From Eledone cirrhosa (taxonomy: Eukaryota), in the NCBI GenBank assembly GCA_964016885.1, contig OZ024745.1, forward strand, positions 92,690,001 to 92,754,000: DNA of 64,000 nucleotides. Reading direction: 5' to 3'. Numbering within the stretch: the stretch's first letter is position 1; every line of letters begins with the position of its first letter. Positions 27,061-38,820 of this stretch are shown piece by piece. The notes beneath the pieces are model-generated. The model ran no database searches and was not told the DNA's origin. It saw nothing but the letters and a program-made list of their open reading frames with translations. The translations under genes and the position numbers were made by a program.

Positions 27061-27184
27061 CATGAACTCAAATACAAATACAAGTCAATGCACATGCCAA
27101 TACATGACCACCACCACCATCATCATCATCATCAATACATATATCTACACACGTGTGAAACCCAACAAGTGTGTGGACATACAG

Positions 27185-27640
27185 TTATTCATATAAAGAA
27201 ACTGACAGCAAAGTGAGATGTAGATATAATCAACAAACAACTATATAACTAACCCACATACCAAGCCTTCAACAAAAACCAAGTGTTTTCTAGTATTAGT
27301 AATGTTAAAAGCAAAACTTGTTTAGTATGAAATTTAATTATTATTACAGGAGGATTAACTTACCAAAGCTCTTGTGGCTCACCAAAGATATTTTCCCATC
27401 AATACTAGTGCGATGTACAAAACTTTCTAAAATCAAATAGAGTTGCTTATTTACTCAGAGAAATTCAATATTTCTAAGACAATTAAACACATCTTTTTAA
27501 ATACTTGACTTGCTAACATTCACAATTAATAAACCAGTTAAATATTACACTGACCAAGGTGGCATGTGGTCAAACGAAAAAGATATCTATATTTCTTAGA
27601 CATACTGGATCCTTCAAACAATACTATCTTCATAATAGTG
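27185..27640 (+). mobile_element. Decayed Penelope-like RT remnant
   Basis: Fragments DIINKQL, ED*LTKAL, YYTDQG and TGSFKQY occur in the order of the Penelope RT motifs (ILDRINK.L; EELL.KAL; YRDDG; TG.YKPY). Many stops. Confidence 0.45.
27364..27426 (-). CDS. Candidate 63-nt phase 1-1 exon: (E)SFVHRTSIDGKISLVSHKSF
   Basis: Acceptor ctctatttgattttag, donor G|gtaagt, same length and phase as 55005-55067. It overlaps a probable Penelope remnant, so it may be fortuitous. Confidence 0.3.
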
Positions 27641-27854
27641 TTGTTTGTACCTCAGGCAGGACAGCTAAACATATGCCATCACTATGCAAACTAAGTCAAC
27701 AGTTGATTTGAGCTCAGCACTGCACATTAATGAAACTATCCAGCTCCTCAGTCAGATAGTACTCCCACTACTAGCAGTAGTAAAGCATACCACTCCTTCC
27801 CTTCGATATCTATTTATAATTGACTGAGTCATATTGAAAGTTAAAGGTCTATAT

Positions 27855-28020
27855 CAGTCAAGGGTAAACTGTGGCCTGCAAGCCACAAATGACTCATTTG
27901 GCTTTCTAAATGGCACACCTAATTTCAAAATTGCCTTGAAATTTTTAGTAGTGTGGCCTGCCTTATAATAAGCCACATCCTATGTGGCTCACTGCTCAAA
28001 AGAGGTTGTCCATATCTTAG
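27855..28020. mobile_element. hAT-type MITE (same family as 12979-13124)
   Basis: Shared interior ctaatttcaaaattgccttgaa...ttagtagt...gcctgccttat; TIRs degenerate. Confidence 0.8.
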
Positions 28021-28114
28021 TGATAAGATTGAAGGTGTTGACATATCTGACACTATATTGATTTAGTCGGCAGTAACTAAATGGTCCTACAGTAAACAAA
28101 AATCACCAACTAAT

Positions 28115-28870
28115 ACCAGGCCTGTTGAAAATATATACAAACTTAGGCAGGGAAAAAAAGTACATATTTGATGGGGTTCAATTGTTAATCCCTTTTAAAG
28201 TAGGCCTCTTGTATCTCCACACACTTAGCCTAGCAATTTTTACACTGTTTAAAGTATGTCTGGAGTGGCTTTCAGCCCTGCCATTTCAGTCCATATGATG
28301 TCATCTCAGCTCTCAAAGTAGGGAGCCTTTCAGTGACATCTTCATTTTTTGGAACAACCAGGAGTCAACAGGAGTTGAGTCTGGTGAACAAGCAAAATGC
28401 CTTTTTTTGCAAAGAAAGCTAGAATCAACTATGCCAGTCAGGGCATTGCCATCATGCAGCTGCAAATTTTGTGAAGGCCACAGATCTGGTCTCTTGCACA
28501 AAGATATTGGAGGGCTTTCTGAGAGTACTTCTTAGTCTCTGTTTGTCCTTCTGATGTGTGTTTGTGATGCATAACACCCCAGTAGTTGAAAAATCAGTCA
28601 ACACCGCATTGATTTTGATCTGCTTCTGCTGTGCTTTTTTGAAACTCGGCAATGTTGGATGCTTTGAATGTAATGACTGAGCTTTGGTTTCTTGGTTGTA
28701 TGCATAACCCCACATCTCATCTCCAGTTATTACAGTATTCAGGAACTCAGGATCTTTGTTGGCAATATTGGGCAAAATGAAAATGTAACAAGTAAGAGTA
28801 TAACACTCCACATGCTGGTTGTTTGACAATGACTGAAGCATCCTACAAGCTTGCCAAAACCCACATATGT
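28115..28870 (-). mobile_element. mariner (DD34D-type) transposase remnant
   Basis: DPEFLNTVITGDEMWGYAYNQETKAQS, KRPDLWP..LHDGNA and SPDSTPVDSWLFQKMKMSLKG match the TGDETW / HDNA / YSPDLAP.D motifs. Frameshifted, with deletions. Confidence 0.92.
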
Positions 28871-29048
28871 GTGCATGAATGTATGCAGCTCCATTCTCCA
28901 CACTTTTGTCTCCCTAACAACATTACTTCTCACAGGAAAAAAATAAAGGTGGATACCACAGATCAGATGTGTATATATATATATGTGTGAGTGTGCAAGT
29001 GTGGAAAAACGGACAGAAAAACGATGATGATATATATGTGTGTGTGTT

Positions 29049-29080
<32 letters not shown>

Positions 29081-30129
29081 TATTTTACTTGTATGTATGC
29101 ATTCATATGCAGGTGCAATCATGATTGTACAAGAAAAAGACATGTATATAATAAATCATTAACATATGCCCATATACATATTTCAATTCTTTTCTATTTG
29201 TTTCTCCAATTTACACTCACAGACAAAAATATTCTCATGAAGAACCAAACTGAAAAATATATCTCCAGAATTCTGTTTCATATCAAATCAATTTTAGAAA
29301 TATGAAATAAATTACAACTAAGAACACCATTTCAGTCAAAGGAAACAATAATTTCTGACAAACTTAATTAAGGTGAGATAAATGAGTTTAGCACCAAGCT
29401 TCCTTCCTCAGACTACAGAAATCTACAGTATAAATCAATATTTATTATTAGTGGACTAATGAAACCAGGCTTACTGAATTTATTAGCCAGGTTCTAAATG
29501 ACAAGAAAAATGGAATAAAGTATTCGAGAAACATTTAAATTTCATGAGGCAACACTTTTAGACACTTTGGAATATGTTAGAGATGTGCTTCATTAAAATA
29601 TAATCAAAGTAACAGTCTGTAACATTATCACTTCAAAATAAAGCCACTATTCTTTACAAGTTGAGAAGTAGGAGGAAAACTTGCGGGGCAAGTGGACAGC
29701 AGTAGGATCTTCAAAGGAAGAATTCCCATCAAGAAAATGTTTCAGCCCTTGATTCCTCCTAAAACTTTAATGGAGCTACGCTCACCTAGGTCATGACTCC
29801 TGGGTGTTCTCCTTCTGTCTTTTCTCCTCCAGTGGCTGATCTTGTTAACACCACTCAGCCACAAACACCACCGGTACAACTAACACTTCACATCTATTTA
29901 AACAGTAATCAATGTTCGGGACTTGTATCTTATCTTAGTTCCAGTGGTCATTCCTCTTTGACCATAACTGAGTTAAAGAGACATCAGTTCCTATATTTCC
30001 AGATTTTGAGTTACAGCCATTAAGATATGTTACCATAATCTCTCCTCCTCACAAAGATACACCCCTCTTCAGAGAGAAGAATCCCAAACAAGTTCCTAAT
30101 AGCAAGCATGGAGGGGGACTTCTTATTAC

Positions 30130-30245
30130 GAAATTGGCAAGGAGTCCTCCTGCCACCTGACTCACCCCAACCTGCCTACAGTATTTAACATCTGAAGCTG
30201 AAATTGCTGAGCTGAGTAGCCTCCACTCCGTTTCAACATCCTCAG
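30130..30245 (-). mobile_element. RTE (Rex3-like) LINE fragment
   Basis: EDVETEWRLLSSAISASDVKYCRQVGV resembles the RTE linker DIESEW..F...I..AA...CG. Confidence 0.5.
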
Positions 30246-31178
30246 TTTGTTTTATACATGTAAAAATAATAATTAATGAGTTGTTTTTTTTTTTTATTAT
30301 AGAAACAAAACTAGAATTACCTTGTATCATTACTGAAGACAACAAGACAAGATGTATCATATTCATTTCTTTGTGACATCTTTCATTACAAGTATAGTTT
30401 ATTTTAGTGATAATGGAGATAGGTTAGAAAAACTATTATAGTGACATTCAAACCCAGATTAATTTACACTTTCTTTACTATATTTGTATGGATTGTCACA
30501 GACATTAGCACTTAATTGGAACTACTCGCCTCTCAGACAGACCAGGGGACACATCTTGCTTGCATACGTTCCCAAACATTACAGAGTGCAATATTTATGG
30601 TACCAGCACTTGATAGATTGTGCTATGACTGAGGTGTCTTCTCAATATATATATATTATAGAAAAAAATGAGGAATTTCGTTTGCATATAAAAAATACTT
30701 ATTGTGTATGGACTTCTTACACGCGTTATGCAGAGGATTGGCTCGAGGTAACCCATAGGAGTTATGGACCCGACTCCAGTAACTAGTAATTCACTGTACT
30801 ACCCACACACACTGTTATATATATAACAGTGTGTTGTAGTTTGCTTGTAGCATTGTTGAATAGGAAACACAAATTTAAATAATTTTGAAAACCATACAAT
30901 GTACTAGAAAGAAAATTAAAATTGCTAAGATAACAAACAAATCCTATCTTAGCAAATTTAATAATCCCAAATATTTTCAGCTTTAATAATCCATTATCAA
31001 GAGAGTATCCCTATTAGAGACTTAAAGGATCGATCGGGGTTGACTTGTTTGGAAGGCAGATTTATATATAAAATTAAGTTTATATCTATAAACTTAATTT
31101 TAGGTTTAATCAATATATATAAAATATGTATCAATAATTTTTCTCAGTAGAAAGTTCAATAAAACTTTGTTCAGGGCA

Positions 31179-31367
31179 TAATTGTTTCTACTTTTGGCAC
31201 AAGGCCAGCAATTATTCCAGTGTATTACTGGTATTTTATTTTATCGACCCCGTACGGATGAAAGGCAAAGTTAACCTTGGCGGGATTTGAACTCAGTCCG
31301 TAAAGCAACGTAACTGTGCTGCAAAGCATGGCGTCCGACCCTCTACCGTTACTGCCAATCCACCGCC
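31179..31367 (-). mobile_element. SINE-A, near full length
   Basis: A-box, B-box, central domain and tail present. Confidence 0.92.
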
Positions 31368-31439
31368 AGAGCATAATGTAATATAATATAACACAATCTA
31401 TGTGTGAGTAATGTTTTAATGTTATTATTTAAAACCACA

Positions 31440-31632
31440 GGGCAATGGATGGCAGTATTGGTAGAGGGTCGGACGCCATGCTTTGCAGCAAAGAGTTACG
31501 GCCCTTGCGATTCTGAGTTCAATTCCCGCCGAGGTTAACTTTGCCTTTCATACTTACGGGGTTGATAAAATAAAGTACCAGTAATACACTGGGATAATTG
31601 CTGGCCTTGTGCCAAAAGTAGAAACAATTATT
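31440..31632 (+). mobile_element. SINE-A, near full length (short-tail form)
   Basis: gggcaatggatggcagtattggtagag...gagttcaattccc...gcctttcatacttacggggttgataaaataaagtaccag...gtagaaacaattatt. Confidence 0.92.
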
Positions 31633-31800
31633 TAACACCTAATTTGTAGTTAAATCTACATATTTTTTGCTATATATGTATATATATGTATAAAATGCTT
31701 GTATGTTTCTCAACTGATATATATTCATATATCGTTTAAAATTTTATTTATATATATATAAATATATATATATACACACATATACATACAATATACAATA

Positions 31801-32098
31801 TCTATATATATATATATATATATATTTAAAACTGAGGATGTCTGTATGTGTATGTGGGAGTTTGAATCCCTAAAACTCGAGAAGCCCCCAACGGACTGTT
31901 TTCAAACTTTACACATGTAATACTTGTTTCAGGGAGTGTTCTGAGCCCCCAAAAATTTCAAATTTTCAATGTCCTAGGGACCGCATTAAGCGATTTAGCG
32001 ATCTCTCTATAATTCTTAGATAGATACATACATATAACGTTGCGCCCTTATAATATCTTGTCTGTATGTCTGACTGTCTGCATTACATCACTTCCCTC

Positions 32099-32138
<40 letters not shown>

Positions 32139-32730
32139 TGAGTTTGAATCCCTAAAACTCAAGAAGTAACCAACCGACTTTTTTCAAACTTTACATGCGC
32201 ATTACTTATGCTTCAGTGAGTGTTATGCACATAAAACTTTTTGCTTGCCTAGGGCCCGCATTAGGTGAAAAACTGCGTTTTTTCAGGTTTTTAGGGCTTT
32301 TTTGAGGTGTTACGTCAGACTGATTTCTTTGAAATTGTAACTATGTATTAGTCAGTCTCTTCTTCATACCGTGAGCAAAGAAAATCCAACTTTTTTATGG
32401 CCTAGGGCCCGCATTAGGTGAAAAACTTCATTTTTTCAGCTTTTTAGGGCCTTTTTGATCATTACGTCTAGCTGATTTTCCCGAAATTTCAAGTCATATT
32501 ATTCACATTAAAAAAAATTCATTTTCTTGATCCCCTAGGGCCCGCATTAGGTGAAAACCTGCATTTTTCCTGCTTCATTGAGGAAAATCTTAAAGATTAT
32601 CCAGTCATCAGAGTATTCGGTTTATTTTCTTTACATATTGTCCAGGGATGCAGTTTTTCCACGATTAGGTCTGTTGGCGGCCCACGTTCCAAAATACCTT
32701 ATCCCATGCAACGCCGGGTACCACTGCTAG
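31801..32730 (+). mobile_element. Non-autonomous Helitron
   Basis: A|TC start at 31801; cccatgcaacgccggg motif then CTAG|T at 32727-32731. Internal subrepeats cctagggcccgcattaggtgaaaa (three copies) and a duplicated gagtttgaatccctaaaactc block. Confidence 0.85.
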
Positions 32731-32835
32731 TATATAATATACTCAACTGACAAGTAGGAATGTAACTATGGCAACACCCAGATACATCAGAATAAACAGT
32801 ATGGCCATAAACTAGACAGATGATTGGAATATACC

Positions 32836-33512
32836 AGCCCACAGTGTAGTGGTCGTGTAAAGTCACGACAGAAAGCACCCAGCCCACACTGTAAAGTGGT
32901 TGTGTAGGAGTCACGACAGAAAGCACCCAGCCCACACTGTAAAGTGGTCGTGTAAAGTCACGACAGAAAGCACCCAGCCCACACTGTAAAGTGGTTGTGT
33001 AAAGTCACGACAGAAAGCACCCAGCCCACACTGTAAAGTGGTTGTGTAGGAGTCACGACAGAAAGCATCCAGCCCACACTGTAAAGTGGTCGTGTAGGAG
33101 TCACGACAGAAAGCATCCAGTCCACACTGTAAAGTGGTCGTGTAAAGTCACGACAGAAAGCACCCAGCCCACACTGTAAAGTGGTCGTGTAGGAGTCACG
33201 ACAGAAAGCATCCAGTCCACACTGTAAAGTGGTCGTGTAGGAGTCACGACAGAAAGCACCCAGCCCACACTGTAAAGTGGTTGTGTAGGAGTCACGACAG
33301 AAAGCACCCAGCCCACACTGTAAAGTGGTTGTGTAGGAGTCACGACAGAAAGCACCCAGCTCACAGTGTAGTGGTCGTGTAAAGTCACGACAGAAAGCAC
33401 CCAGCCCACACTGTAAAGTGGTCGTGTAGGAGTCACGACAGAAAGCATCCAGCCCACACTGTAAAGTGGTCGTGTAGGAGTCACGACAGAAAGCATCCAG
33501 CCCACACTGTAA
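32836..33512. repeat. 47/48-bp minisatellite, 14 units, each with a GTCGTG-loop-CACGAC hairpin (GTTGTG in some units)
   Basis: Unit cccagcccacactgtaaagtggtcgtgtaggagtcacgacagaaagca; runs directly into a SINE tail at 33513. Confidence 0.96.
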
Positions 33513-33672
33513 ATGTGGTTGGTGTTAGAAAGGGCATCTAGCCATAGAAACCTAGTCAAAAACAGTTTTGTATGTGCAAGACACAGTCACCTGACCCAAC
33601 TTGCCTCTAATGGAACAATCCATCTAATCCATGCTAGTGTCAAAATTGGACATTAAACAATGATGATGATGT
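33513..33672 (+). mobile_element. 3' part of an RTE-tail SINE
   Basis: ttggtgttagaaagggcatctagcc.tagaaa...atccatgctag...ggacattaaac followed by a (TGA)n tail. Confidence 0.7.
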
Positions 33673-33943
33673 ATCCACACAACAGTGGCAGGCTTGATTA
33701 ATGCTGACTGTTATAAAGAAAAACATAGCTAGTCATTAAGCTGTGCACTAAACAGTCAAGTACAGCTTTCAGCTTGAATGATTATTTTAAATAAATCTGA
33801 GCTAATATATGTCTTTGGTTTAATTTATCACCTACTTTATAAAGAAATGGGCTTGCAAGTTAACAAAAGAACTTCAACAGCAACGAGAACAAGGAAACCT
33901 TTTTAGTACTAGGGACGAATTTCAAATACTTAGGAACCATAAT

Positions 33944-34140
33944 CCTTTAGCACCTAAACTGACCATATCAGGCCAGAATTTTCTCACCTCTTTCTGTTCC
34001 AACCAGGCACAACTGACTGTTCATACTTATTGTTCTCAAAATAAATAATATCAAAATCTCGTGGATTCGATACTATGTGAAATAAAGAGTTTACTGTGAA
34101 AATACAATAATAAATATAGAGTAATGTAAATAGTAAAGGG
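33944..34140 (+). mobile_element. piggyBac-like MITE family 1
   Basis: Interior conserved; right TIR plus TTAA. Confidence 0.88.
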
Positions 34141-34253
34141 TTAAATCTATAAGACCTTAAATTTTAAAGATGACAGTTAACACAGACAATGATGAAAAGC
34201 TCAAGACAGCCATTCTTTTAGGTGGGGGAGGGGAGTTACTTTTTCTTCTAAAT

Positions 34254-34780
34254 ACTTCTGTCTAACATTGGCACAAGGCCAGCAATATGGAGGGAAGGGG
34301 AAGTTGTTTATATCGACTTCAGTACTTGATTGGTACTTTATATCAACCTAGTATTTGATTGGTACTTTATTATATCGACCTAGTACTTGATTGGTACTTT
34401 ATTATATCGACCTAGTACTTGATTGGTACTTTATTATATCGACTTCAGTACTTGATTGGTACTTTATTATATCAACCTAGTATTTGATTGGTACTTTATT
34501 ATATCGACCTAGTACTTGATTGGTACTTTATTATTTCGACCTAGTATTTGATTGATACTTTATTATATCGACCTAGTACTTGATTGGTACTTTATTATAT
34601 CGACCTAGTACTTGATTGGTACTTTATTATATCAACCTAGTATTTGATTGATACTTTATTATATCGACCTAGTACTTGATTGGTACTTTATTATATCAAC
34701 CCTTGAAAGAATAAAAAGTAAAGTTGACAATGGCAGTATTTGAACTCAGAAAGTAGAAAGTCCTGACTAAATGTTACAAA
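34254..34780 (-). mobile_element. SINE-A (long-tail form) with an internal 32-bp tandem expansion (about 12 units, 34311-34700)
   Basis: SINE tail on the left, central domain and B-box on the right. Unit tatcgacctagtacttgattggtactttatta. Confidence 0.9.
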
Positions 34781-34799
34781 GCCCTAGGATGCCCTATCT

Positions 34800-34982
34800 C
34801 AGGCATGTCAAACTGAGGGTCCCCCGAGGGCCACATGGGTCACATATGTGTTGTTTGAGGGCCACACATTACAAACTAATTTTTTTAAATTTTATATTAC
34901 AAAGATAAAACATGCTTGCACTGTAAGAACCTTTGAGGGGGCCAGAGTGTGCTTGTAAAGGGCCGCATGCTTGACATGTCTG
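34800..34982. mobile_element. hAT-type MITE (second family)
   Basis: TIR caggcatgtcaa / ttgacatgtctg with a perfect 8-bp TSD ccctatct. Confidence 0.92.
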
Positions 34983-35074
34983 CCCTATCTGATCCCAACT
35001 ATAAGGTATTTATTGCAAGCTGCAGGACACAAACAAACAGTATGGATTTTTCAAGCAGCGTCAACATACAAAGA

Positions 35075-35120
<46 letters not shown>

Positions 35121-35600
35121 AACACGCACAAATATTTTTTTGCTTCAGATTCTTGTTTAGCAGCATGTCAGTCTTGATGATAATGATGATGGTGGTGGTG
35201 GTGATGGTGGTGGTGATGATGATGGTAGGTTTTAAGTTATTTGAAAATAAATAATCAAGTATTTGAAATGATTTAATATTGTAACACATTTTCTCATTAT
35301 TAAACTAGTATTTGGAACGTAACTTAACGGTTCTTACATAAAATTATGGTGGAAGTTTTGGGTTTTTTTTTAATAAATATAAACACTTACAAATGCACAG
35401 CTTAGTATTATATAACTGAGGGGTCAGACAGTTTGGTATCAAAAAATGAAAGGCGAAAGAGATTTGGCTGTTGTTTCTAGCAGGTCAAGCGACTATGGAG
35501 AACCTCCCAGTAACACAGTGTGTGTATGAGAGTAAGGGAGCACATAAGTAACGAGAGGGAGAGACATCAAGTAAATAAAGAGTAAGGGAGCATGAACAAG

Positions 35601-35603
<3 letters not shown>

Positions 35604-35653
<50 letters not shown>

Positions 35654-35701
35654 GTGTGTGAGAGATAGAAGAGAGAGAGCGGGGGAAGAGAGAGAAAAAA
35701 G

Positions 35702-35772
<71 letters not shown>

Positions 35773-35820
35773 AAGAGAGAGACAGAGATAGAGATAGCTT
35801 AGAGAGAGAGAGAGAGATAA
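35604..35820. repeat. (GA)n compound microsatellite
   Basis: Direct inspection. Confidence 0.95.
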
Positions 35821-36136
35821 GTTGGTGGAGTGCAATAGACTGGTGAATTTTATGAGTGATATTTAGCGGAAGAAAGTGAGGTGTGTGTAAAATAGTAAGT
35901 TGCAGCAGAGTACAAATGATACAATAATCAACATGAATATATGACTGCTGACTAATGTATTGAAGAGACAAACAAATATCTTTCGCTTTCGCTCTATCTA
36001 TCTTTCTCTCCTCCTACCTGTCTCTTTCTCTCTATATCACCCTCTCTCTAGTTGTCTCTCTTTCTCTTTACATATATATCTATCTGTCTCTCATATCTCT
36101 CTCTATAAATATATATAAATATATCTGTATCTCCTA

Positions 36137-36212
<76 letters not shown>

Positions 36213-36408
36213 TGTGTGTCTGCCTGTCTATTTGTCTTAGAAGGTGGAGAAGGAGGGGAAGACTATAAAGTCAAAGTGACCTATTCAAAAGTAGGCTGTG
36301 TAATAATTCTCGGCAACAGACTTAAACTGTTATGTCCCAGTTGTTGCAGCAACAGTCAACAATATGATAGAGTGAGGTAAGGTGGTGGAGATACGAAGGA
36401 AGGGGGTG

Positions 36409-36409
<1 letters not shown>

Positions 36410-36444
<35 letters not shown>

Positions 36445-36745
36445 TGTGTGAATGAAAGAGAGAATTAGAGTGAGGGAGAGAAAGAGACAGAGCGAATGAG
36501 AGAGAATTAATGTGAGAGACCAAGAGAATTAGAGTGAATAAAGGAGAGAGATAGAGAGAGAATTAGAATGAATGAGGTAGAGAGAGAGGGTGAATGAGAG
36601 ACAGAGAATTAGAGTGATTGAGAGAGAGTGGGCGAATGAGAGAGAGAGATAGAGTGGGTGAATGAGAGAAAGATAGAGACAGAGAATTAGAGTGAATGAG
36701 AGAGAGGGAGAGATAGAGATAGAATGGGAGAGAGAGGGGAGAGTG
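36410..36745. repeat. GA-rich degenerate repeat with recurring gagaattagagtgaatg
   Basis: Direct inspection. Confidence 0.8.
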
Positions 36746-36859
36746 TGGGGGGTAGCAAGTACCATTTTCCACTTGTGCAAAAGAAATACTGAAGCTACTA
36801 TAATAATAAAATCTATTGGAGGATTCTTGTTTCAACAGTTTCTGTATTGAAATTGTGGC

Positions 36860-37345
36860 AGTGGGTGGGTGTGGAGGGTGGTGGCGGCGGTGGTGGTGGT
36901 GTTGACAGTGGTGGTAACAGCAGTGATAGATGTGGTGGTGTGTGGGGTTGGTTGTGCTGGTGCTATTGACTGGTGGTGGTGGTGGTGGTGTTGTTGACAG
37001 TGATAGTCTTGGTGGTGGTGGTTCTTTTGACTGTGATGGTGAAGGTGGTGTTGTTGTTGTTGACAGTGATGATGATGGTGGTGGTGATGTTGGTACAGTG
37101 ATAGTGTTGTTGATGGTGGTGGTGTTGACAGTGATGAAGGTGCTGTTGATATTGACGGTGGTGGTGGTGGTGGTGTTAGTACAGTGATAGTATTGTTGGT
37201 GGTGGTGGTACTTTTGATAGTGAAGGTGGTGGTGGTGGCGGCGTTAACAGTGATGGTGGTGGTGGTGGCGTTAACAGTGATGATGGTGGTGGTGGCGTTA
37301 ACAGTGATGATGGTGGTGGTGCTGTGGAGAGTTGGTGACGGTGGC
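36860..37345. repeat. (GGT)n tract with recurring gttgacagtgat / gttaacagtgat motif
   Basis: Direct inspection. Confidence 0.9.
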
Positions 37346-38060
37346 CGCAATGATAGCTGTCTTGATGTTGATAAGATGAATTAAACATTTTTTTTTATAT
37401 TTTAAATAAAAGTCACACAACAGAAAGAAAGAAAAGTACTTTCTCCTATTCGGTGCTAAGACACAAATCAATAAGGGGGGGGGGGGGTTAGAGAAATGAG
37501 ATTGCGCGGTGTTCATCACTTTCTTAAGCACCTAAATAAATAAAACTAACATTATTTTTTACAGTTTAGTCAGAGGGTAAGGTAAAACCTGTGACACTTT
37601 TCAGGGCCTCCAAGACTGCTGGAAGGGAGAAAGATATTCTCAAACTGAGGACTTAGTTCAAATACATACAACATAGTGAACTCTGTTAAAGGTAGCCAAG
37701 GGCCGCCACGTTGTGGTGTTGAACCAAGTGACTTATGGATTATCTGAATATTGTTATTATTCTACAACTGTAAATATATACTTTATATCTAACAATGGAA
37801 AATAAGATTGCAGGGTGTTCATGCCAAGCCCCAAATTTTAACAAACTAACTGAAATTAAATAATATAAAAATCACTATAACTGAGAACAGAAAACATTTT
37901 AAAATGTATAATATTGGGGGTTTTTCTAAGACAACAAAAGGAATTGGAGTTTACAGGAAGGAAGGAAGGAATGAATGGGATTATATGATGTTCATGCTTT
38001 TATCAAAAATATCATTAGCACAAAATATTGTGATTCAAAAGTTGGCTCACTTTGCTTTAA

Positions 38061-38245
38061 CCCTTTAGCATTTAAACTGCTGTTCAAATTCGCCGTAACT
38101 GGCCACTCATACTGATGTTAAGGTATGGTACTCAAAATAAATAATATCAAAACCTCATAGATTCGATATTATATGAGGTAAAGCCTTTACCATGAAAATG
38201 CAATAGTATATATATATATATATATAGAGTAATGTAGCTAAAGGG
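38061..38245 (+). mobile_element. piggyBac-like MITE family 1, internally deleted
   Basis: Left TTAA plus TIR; lacks about 30 bp near the 5' end. Confidence 0.85.
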
Positions 38246-38820
38246 TAAAAAAGTTAGGGCAGACTATTCCTTTCCTTTTAACTAAACACAAGGCCTCCAA
38301 TAAATAAATAAATAAATAATGTCTCCAGTAGTTATTTGGTACTTATTTTATCAGGACTATATGCCCTTCAAGCTAAGTATAAATAACTTTCTTACATAGC
38401 AACAAAGCCTCAATTTTATAGGGGGATATGAAATAGAATGTTGTGACATTTTTATTATTAATTATTGATTTCAGCAGTTTCATGCAGATTTTTATTACAC
38501 CACCACCATCACTAGTAAGTGCACCTTATGCAGCAGTATTTCAAGAGAGGGAAAAAATGTTAATCTTACATTTAATTTTGTGTGTTGTGGGAGTTATGGG
38601 GTTTGTTTTATTGGTTGTAACTCTTTTTACATAGAAATCATTTATAGTATACAATATGTGCTTTGCTGAGTCGTGTTACTGACTTGAAAACATCTTGTGT
38701 AGAAATTCAACCAGCTTTATATCTTTTTAATTGTTTATTAAGGTGGGAGTCCTCCTATGGTTTTTATGATCTTGTTCATAATCATCATCACCATCATTTT
38801 AGGTCAGCTTTTCATGCTGG

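Noticed and set aside
29650-30023. GC-elevated segment with short ORFs and a gtgag donor
   Set aside because: The acceptor-donor pairing I translated has stops in all three frames; adjacent to an RTE fragment.
31440-31530. tRNA genes suggested by A and B boxes here and in many other copies
   Set aside because: These are SINE heads: long A-B spacing, no cloverleaf, and continuous with the SINE body.
32836-33512. CRISPR-like array with palindromic repeats
   Set aside because: No unique spacers, no cas genes, eukaryotic context; it is a contiguous SINE-derived tandem repeat.
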